Origin: Octopus vulgaris | Taxonomy: Eukaryota | Assembly: GCA_951406725.2 (NCBI GenBank) | Contig: OX597827.1 | Coordinates: 41,416,001 to 41,480,000, forward strand | Length of the DNA stretch: 64,000 nucleotides | Direction of reading: 5' to 3' | Shown: in pieces, positions 57,844 to 64,000 of the stretch | Position numbering within the stretch: the stretch's first letter is position 1 | How the letters are laid out: each line of letters begins with the position of its first letter | The notes under the pieces: model-generated | The model's input: the letters and a program-made list of their open reading frames with translations, nothing else | The model's database searches: none | What the model was told of the DNA's origin: nothing | Translations under genes and position numbers: made by a program

Positions 57844-57992
57844 TACGACAGGCTTCTTCCAGTTTCCGTCTACCAAATCCACTCACAAGGCTTTGGTCGG
57901 CCTGAGGCTATAGTAGAAGACACTTGCCCAAGGTGCCACGCAGTGAAAATGAACCCGAAACCATGTGGTTGGTAAGCAAGCTACTTACCACA
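57541..57992 (-). mobile_element. SINE family A (an opposite-strand 5' half lies at 57361-57525)
   Basis: Homology to other copies. Confidence 0.88.
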
Positions 57993-57996
57993 AAGT

Positions 57997-58050
<54 letters not shown>

Positions 58051-58565
58051 TAAAAACACACACATTTGTACACATATATGTATGTATATATAAAACAAAA
58101 TGGGGCAAGAACGCAAAACATCCGGACAACTAGGTGATGCAAAAAGGGACGACAAAAACATCCAGATAGACGATACAAAAAACGGACGGGTCATTTGAAG
58201 CCTTTTATCTTCAGTCAAGAACCGGATCATCCTCGCAATTTCGGCTGATTAATCTTGAGATTGCTCCAATATGGCCAGCCCCAGGGAAAAACTAAGCTAA
58301 GAGCATTAGATTCCTTGGAAAAAAGCATCGAATGTATACGAAAACAAGGAAGGAAAAGCAGACTATGTTACACGAATATAAATACAAAAATACAATAACA
58401 ATAACAACAACAATAATAATAATAATAACAACAGGACATAACAACAGGCGTCTTGCGACTGGGGACGAATTGAATTCAGCTGGCGTGTGTGGAAATGAAG
58501 CCTTACAGCAGAGGGAAGAATATCGATGTGGCAGTGACCGTGGTCAGACCCAAAAGAGCTAGCAG

Positions 58566-58734
58566 TCGTGGCTGTGTGGTAAGTAGCTTGTTTACCAACC
58601 ACATGGTTCCGGGTTCAGTCCCACTGCGTGGCACCTTGGGCAAGTGTCTTCTACTATTGCCTCGGGCCGACCAAAGCCTTGTGAGTGGATTTGGTAGACG
58701 GAAACTGAAAGAAGCCCGTCGTATATATGTATAT

Positions 58735-58770
<36 letters not shown>

Positions 58771-58961
58771 TTGTCCCCCTAGCATTGCTTGACAACCGAT
58801 GCTGGTGTGTTTACATACCCGTTACTTAGCGGTTCGGCAAAAGAGACCGATAGAATAAGTACTGGGCTTACAAAAGAATAAGTCCCGGGGTCAAGTTGCT
58901 CGATTAAAGGCGCCAGCATGGCCGCAGTCAAATGGCTGAAACAAGTAAAAGAGTAAAAGAG
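58566..58961 (+). mobile_element. SINE family A
   Basis: Near full-length homolog. Confidence 0.9.
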
Positions 58962-59800
58962 AGTCGGCCAATAGGTCACGTGAGAAAAGAAGAGAGAAAA
59001 AAGAGGAACAAAGGAATTAAGGAGGGGAGAAGAGAAAGAAAAAGAGGAACAAAGGAATTAAGGAGGAGGAGAATAGAGAGAGAGAGTGTAGAAGCAGATA
59101 GACAGAAGAATCAAGGAGAGGCGAGAAAAAAGAGACAGGGACATAGTGAAGTGAAAAGTGAGTAAGAAAGGCAAAGAAATGTGAGAGAGACGGGTGGGGG
59201 AGAAAGAGTTGAAAAAGTCGAAGACGACGTATGAAAGCAGCTTTTGCCGAATGACCTGCAGAAATGATTTGCTTATGGTGATCAAATGTATGTGCCGCAC
59301 ATTAGCTCCTTCGCTCCATCAAACCTACTTTGCCGGAAGAGGAGCATGGTGTACCATGCGTTAGGTGCCGAAGCGATCGCAGAGCAACATGAGATAAAGT
59401 GTTTTGCTGACGAACACCACACATCATCCGGTCTATGAATTGAAACCACGACCTCGCAATCGTGTAATATACAATATATACTATCTCATATTTTTCTATA
59501 TATGTTTACAAACAGACAACCACACATACCTCCCACCAAGCGTATATAATACAACACTATTGAAAGTCTTCCTTCTTTATTTAAGACAGTATAATGTAAT
59601 TTGAGGGAAATTTCTCTGCTCCTGGTATTTCGGGCAACCACGAAGACCATCCACCGTTGGTTCGAAGTCAACTAAATTGTTATGTGACATCGGATCAACC
59701 CTTATCAAACAGGCCGATGATAAAGGGCGTCCTTTTTGCGTCCATCCTGTTTGTATATCGGAATTAACTCTGTCCTATACCTTCTTTGTTTGAACCTCTA

Positions 59801-60253
59801 ACTCTTTTACTTGTTTCAGTCATTTGACTGCGGCCATGCTGGAGCACCGCCTTTAGTCGAGCAAATCGACCACAGGACTTACTCCTTGTAAGCCTAGTAC
59901 TTATTCTATCGGTCTTTTTTGACGAACCGCTAAGTTACGGGGACGTAAACACACCAGCATCCGTTGTCAAGCGATGTTGGGGTGACAACCACAGACACAC
60001 AAACACACACACACTCACACACACACACAGACACATACACACACACACACACACGCACACACGCGCACACACACATACACACACATATATGTACATATAT
60101 ACGACGGCTTCTTTCAGTTTCCGTCTACCAAATCGACTCATAAAGCTTTGGTCGGCCCGAAGCTATAGTAGAAGACACTTGCCCAAGGTATCACGCAGTG
60201 GAATTTGAATCCGGAACCATGTGGCTGGTAAGCAAGTTACTTAGCACACAGCC
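59801..60253 (-). mobile_element. SINE family A
   Basis: Near full-length homolog. Confidence 0.88.
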
Positions 60254-60665
60254 GGCGAGATTTGAGAAAGAATTGGTTACTATTACCAGCAGTACAAGCT
60301 AGATGTTAAAAACTTCGTTGAACTGTGTAACAGGCTGAGATAAATCGATACTAAATTAAATGGTTGGGGTGGGTTGGTGGCAGCGGAGTATTGTTAAGCA
60401 GCGACAGAGCAAGTAAACCTGACGATGTTGTCTTTAGAAAACAACTCTCTCCATCAAATACTTTATATTTCATTCCACCAGAGAAAGTATTTGATGTGAG
60501 GGGATGTGTGAGGCACGAGTTTCTGTGTGAGACGGTGGGAGTTGGTTGTGACAGGAAGAGCTAGCAGTGTTTCGGTTACAAACTTAAATATGCTTACGTA
60601 AGCTGCCATTTTAATAAGGATTTATCGGTATATAGGAAGTTAGAAATCGACATATGTATACATAT

Positions 60666-60696
<31 letters not shown>

Positions 60697-60700
60697 CATG

Positions 60701-60788
<88 letters not shown>

Positions 60789-60816
60789 CATACACATATG
60801 TATATATATATATATA

Positions 60817-60880
<64 letters not shown>

Positions 60881-61365
60881 TCACGCACATATACATATAT
60901 GTGTGTGTATGTACGTGTGTGTATGTGTGTGCGTGTGTGTGAGTGTGTGAATGTGCGTGTCTGTGTGTGTGTGTGAGTGTGTATGTGTGTGCAGATACAC
61001 ACATAGATAAGGTCATATAGAGATTGAAAGGTAGATATGTACACGGGAATGGCGTGAAAGAAGATTGCATTGTAATGGGAGATAATCGATGGAGGCTTTA
61101 ATTAATCAGAGTAGATAGGAGTTAGACCGAGAAAGAGAGAGAGAAAGATAGAGAAAGAGAGAGAGAGAGAGAGAGAGAGGAAAAGGGGAGATTGATTGGA
61201 AGAGAGATAATTAGTAATCGCCTCGTAAAAGGCAAAATGAAGCAAATGGTAAGTGATAGACTAAAAGAGATAGATGCACATACCGATTGAGGCCGATGCG
61301 AAGATAGGTATCGATAAAGTCTTTGAATTGGAAGGATGGTGACATAAAGTGTGTGTGTGTGTGTG

Positions 61366-61505
<140 letters not shown>

Positions 61506-61544
61506 ATATGAGTGCGAGGGAGAAGGAGTGAGACAGAGGGAGAA

Positions 61545-61995
61545 AGAGACGGGAGAGAGTGAGGAATAGTGAGAGAATAAGAGAGAGAGTAAGAGATAGT
61601 GAGAAGGGAACAGAGAGTAAGGGATAATGAGTGAGGGAAAGTAAGGGATAGTGAGAGAGGGAGAGAGTAAGGGATAGTGAGAGAGGGAGAGTAAAAGATG
61701 ATGAGAGAGTGTAAGGGAGAGTGAGAGAGGGAGAGAAAGAGTAAGGGATAGTGAGAAGGGAAGAGAGAGTAAGGGATAATGAGAGAGGGAGAGAGAGAGT
61801 AAGGGATAGTGAGAGAGGAAGAGAGCGAGCAAGGGATAGTGAGCAAGGGATAGAGAGTAAGATATAGTTAGAGAGGGGAGGAAGAGAAAGGGATAGTGAG
61901 AGAGGGAGAAAGAGTAAGGGATAGTGAGAAAGGAAACAGAGTTAGAGATAGTGAGAAGGGGAGAGAGAGTAATGGATAGTGAGTGAAGGATAGAG
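61545..61995 (+). repeat. Purine-rich degenerate minisatellite (AGAGTAAGGGATAGTGAGAGAGGG-like, about 24-30-bp unit)
   Basis: More than ten recurrences of variants of GTAAGGGATAGTGAG. Confidence 0.85.
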
Positions 61996-62169
61996 GGGGG
62001 TGAAAAGATGGCGACAGATTTCAAGAGAGTAAGATATGCACGTCTGTTGCTGCGGGTGCATCATATATTATCTTAAAGGAAACGGAGCGAAATACATACA
62101 TATATGTATATACACACTCATATATTCACACACACACGCATACACACATGCATATGCACATATACACAC

Positions 62170-62862
62170 ACACGCACATACATACATACATACATTCATA
62201 CACACATACATACATACATACATACATTCATACATACATACATACATACATACATACATACATACATACATACGTACATTCATACATACATACATACATA
62301 CATACATACATACATTCATACATACATACACACATACATACATACGTACGTACGTACATACATACATACATACATTCATACATGCATACATACATACATA
62401 CACACACACATACATACATACATACATACATACATACATACATACATACATACACACATACATACATACATACATACATACATACATACATACATACATA
62501 CATACATACATTCATACATACATACATACATACATACATACATACATACATACATACATACATACATACATACATACATACATACATACATACATACATA
62601 CATACATACATACGTACGTACGTACGTACATGCATACATACATACATACATACATACATTCATGCATACATACATACATACACACATACATACATACATA
62701 TATACATACATATATATATATATATACATACATACATACATATATACATACATACATACATACATACACACACATACATACATACATACATACATACATA
62801 CATACATACATACATACATACATACATACATACATACATACATACATACATACATACATACA

Positions 62863-62896
<34 letters not shown>

Positions 62897-62908
62897 CATA
62901 CATACTTA
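62170..62908 (+). repeat. (CATA)n microsatellite
   Basis: Directly visible. Confidence 0.97.
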
Positions 62909-62982
62909 TATACGATGATGGCTAAAGCCAGACACTTTCCTTTACAATCCTCTTACCAAGAAGGTGGCTGGTCAAACTTTTC

Positions 62983-63160
62983 TCTTTTCTACTCAAGGCA
63001 TAAGGCCCGAAATTTTTGGGGAGAGAGTCAGTTGATTAGATCGACTCCAGTATGTAACTGGTACTTAATTTATCGACCCCGAAAGGATGGAAGGCAAAGT
63101 CCACCTTGGAGGAATTTGAACTCAGAACGTGCCGGTAAGCATTTCGTCCAGCTCGCCGCC
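62983..63160 (-). mobile_element. SINE family B, internally deleted
   Basis: Homology to 19605-19821. Confidence 0.82.
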
Positions 63161-63462
63161 CTGGTCAAACTGTAGTCTAAATTGTTGAGAGAAATAGATG
63201 AACATACATACATACATACATAAATACATACATACATATATACATACATATATACATACATACATATAAACATACATACATACAGACACGTACACATATA
63301 TATGATATTTGTGTATATATGGCAGTATGTATATAGATATATATGTGCACACACACATACACACCCGCAAACATACACACACATACACAAACACACACAC
63401 ACATACACATATGCGTAGTGCATGCTACAATTTGATGCAAGTAACTTGGCTTAATATCCTAA

Positions 63463-63664
63463 AGGCACAAGAACTGAAATTTTGGGGAGGGGACTTGTCG
63501 ATTACATAGACCCCCAGTGTTTCACTGGTACCTAATTTATCGACCCCGAAAGGATGAAAGGCAAATTCGACCTCGGCGGAATTTGAACTCCGAACGTAGC
63601 GGCAGACGAAACACCTCTAAGCATTTCGCCCGGCGTGCTAACGAATTTGCCAGCTCGCCGCCTT
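63463..63664 (-). mobile_element. SINE family B
   Basis: Homology to 19605-19821. Ends GCCAGCTCGCCGCCTT. Confidence 0.88.
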
Positions 63665-64000
63665 AACGTGTCTTAATATCAGCATTCGTACGGAAAGGCC
63701 AGCAAAGGAAAGGATAGAACTATAATATGAAAATATTAGATATCGGGAAATAGAGCTCAATCAAAGTTGCAAAGGCAAGAAAGCATATCAATCTCGGTTC
63801 AAATATCAAACAAAACTCAGATGACAGCTGTCTTCCTTCTCATTTTGTGAGCAGGAGCACTCAAACCTCGCTTGTCCAGCCTTCTTTGCCAAAAAGATGA
63901 ACGTAAGCCGGCTTAGTGGGATGCAGAGAATCTGAAGGACGCCTGTGAGGGATTTTGCTTGGTGCGGAGAAGTAATAACACATCAGTCTCTTTACAAACT

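Noticed and set aside
62036-63175. 379-aa ORF, the longest in the track
   Set aside because: Translation of (CATA)n running into a SINE.

Overview
AT-rich, microsatellite-saturated eukaryotic DNA. The SINE complement suggests a coleoid cephalopod, probably Octopus (inference). No intact host protein-coding gene can be supported, and nearly all ORF-track entries are translated simple repeats. The window is a mosaic of: (i) about 40 full or partial copies of several tRNA-derived SINE families; (ii) decayed non-LTR retrotransposon 3' fragments (two Tx1/L1-like next to (TATC)n, two R4/Dong-like next to (TACA)n, one HERO-like RLE domain, one CR1/L2-group end); (iii) DNA-transposon relics (a hAT/Charlie-type element with a 12x40-bp internal array, Tc1/mariner MITEs, a mariner HTH fragment, a Helentron-type HINE). 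The most notable signal is about a dozen hammerhead-ribozyme (HHR) motifs in several unrelated short non-coding elements that abut (TA)n tracts, often with inverted arms, as expected for non-autonomous Penelope-like elements. The cores include canonical C3-G8, apparently compensatory U3-A8 and G3-C8 variants, a multi-copy A6U variant and a U4C variant. All structure calls were made by eye and need computational and biochemical confirmation.
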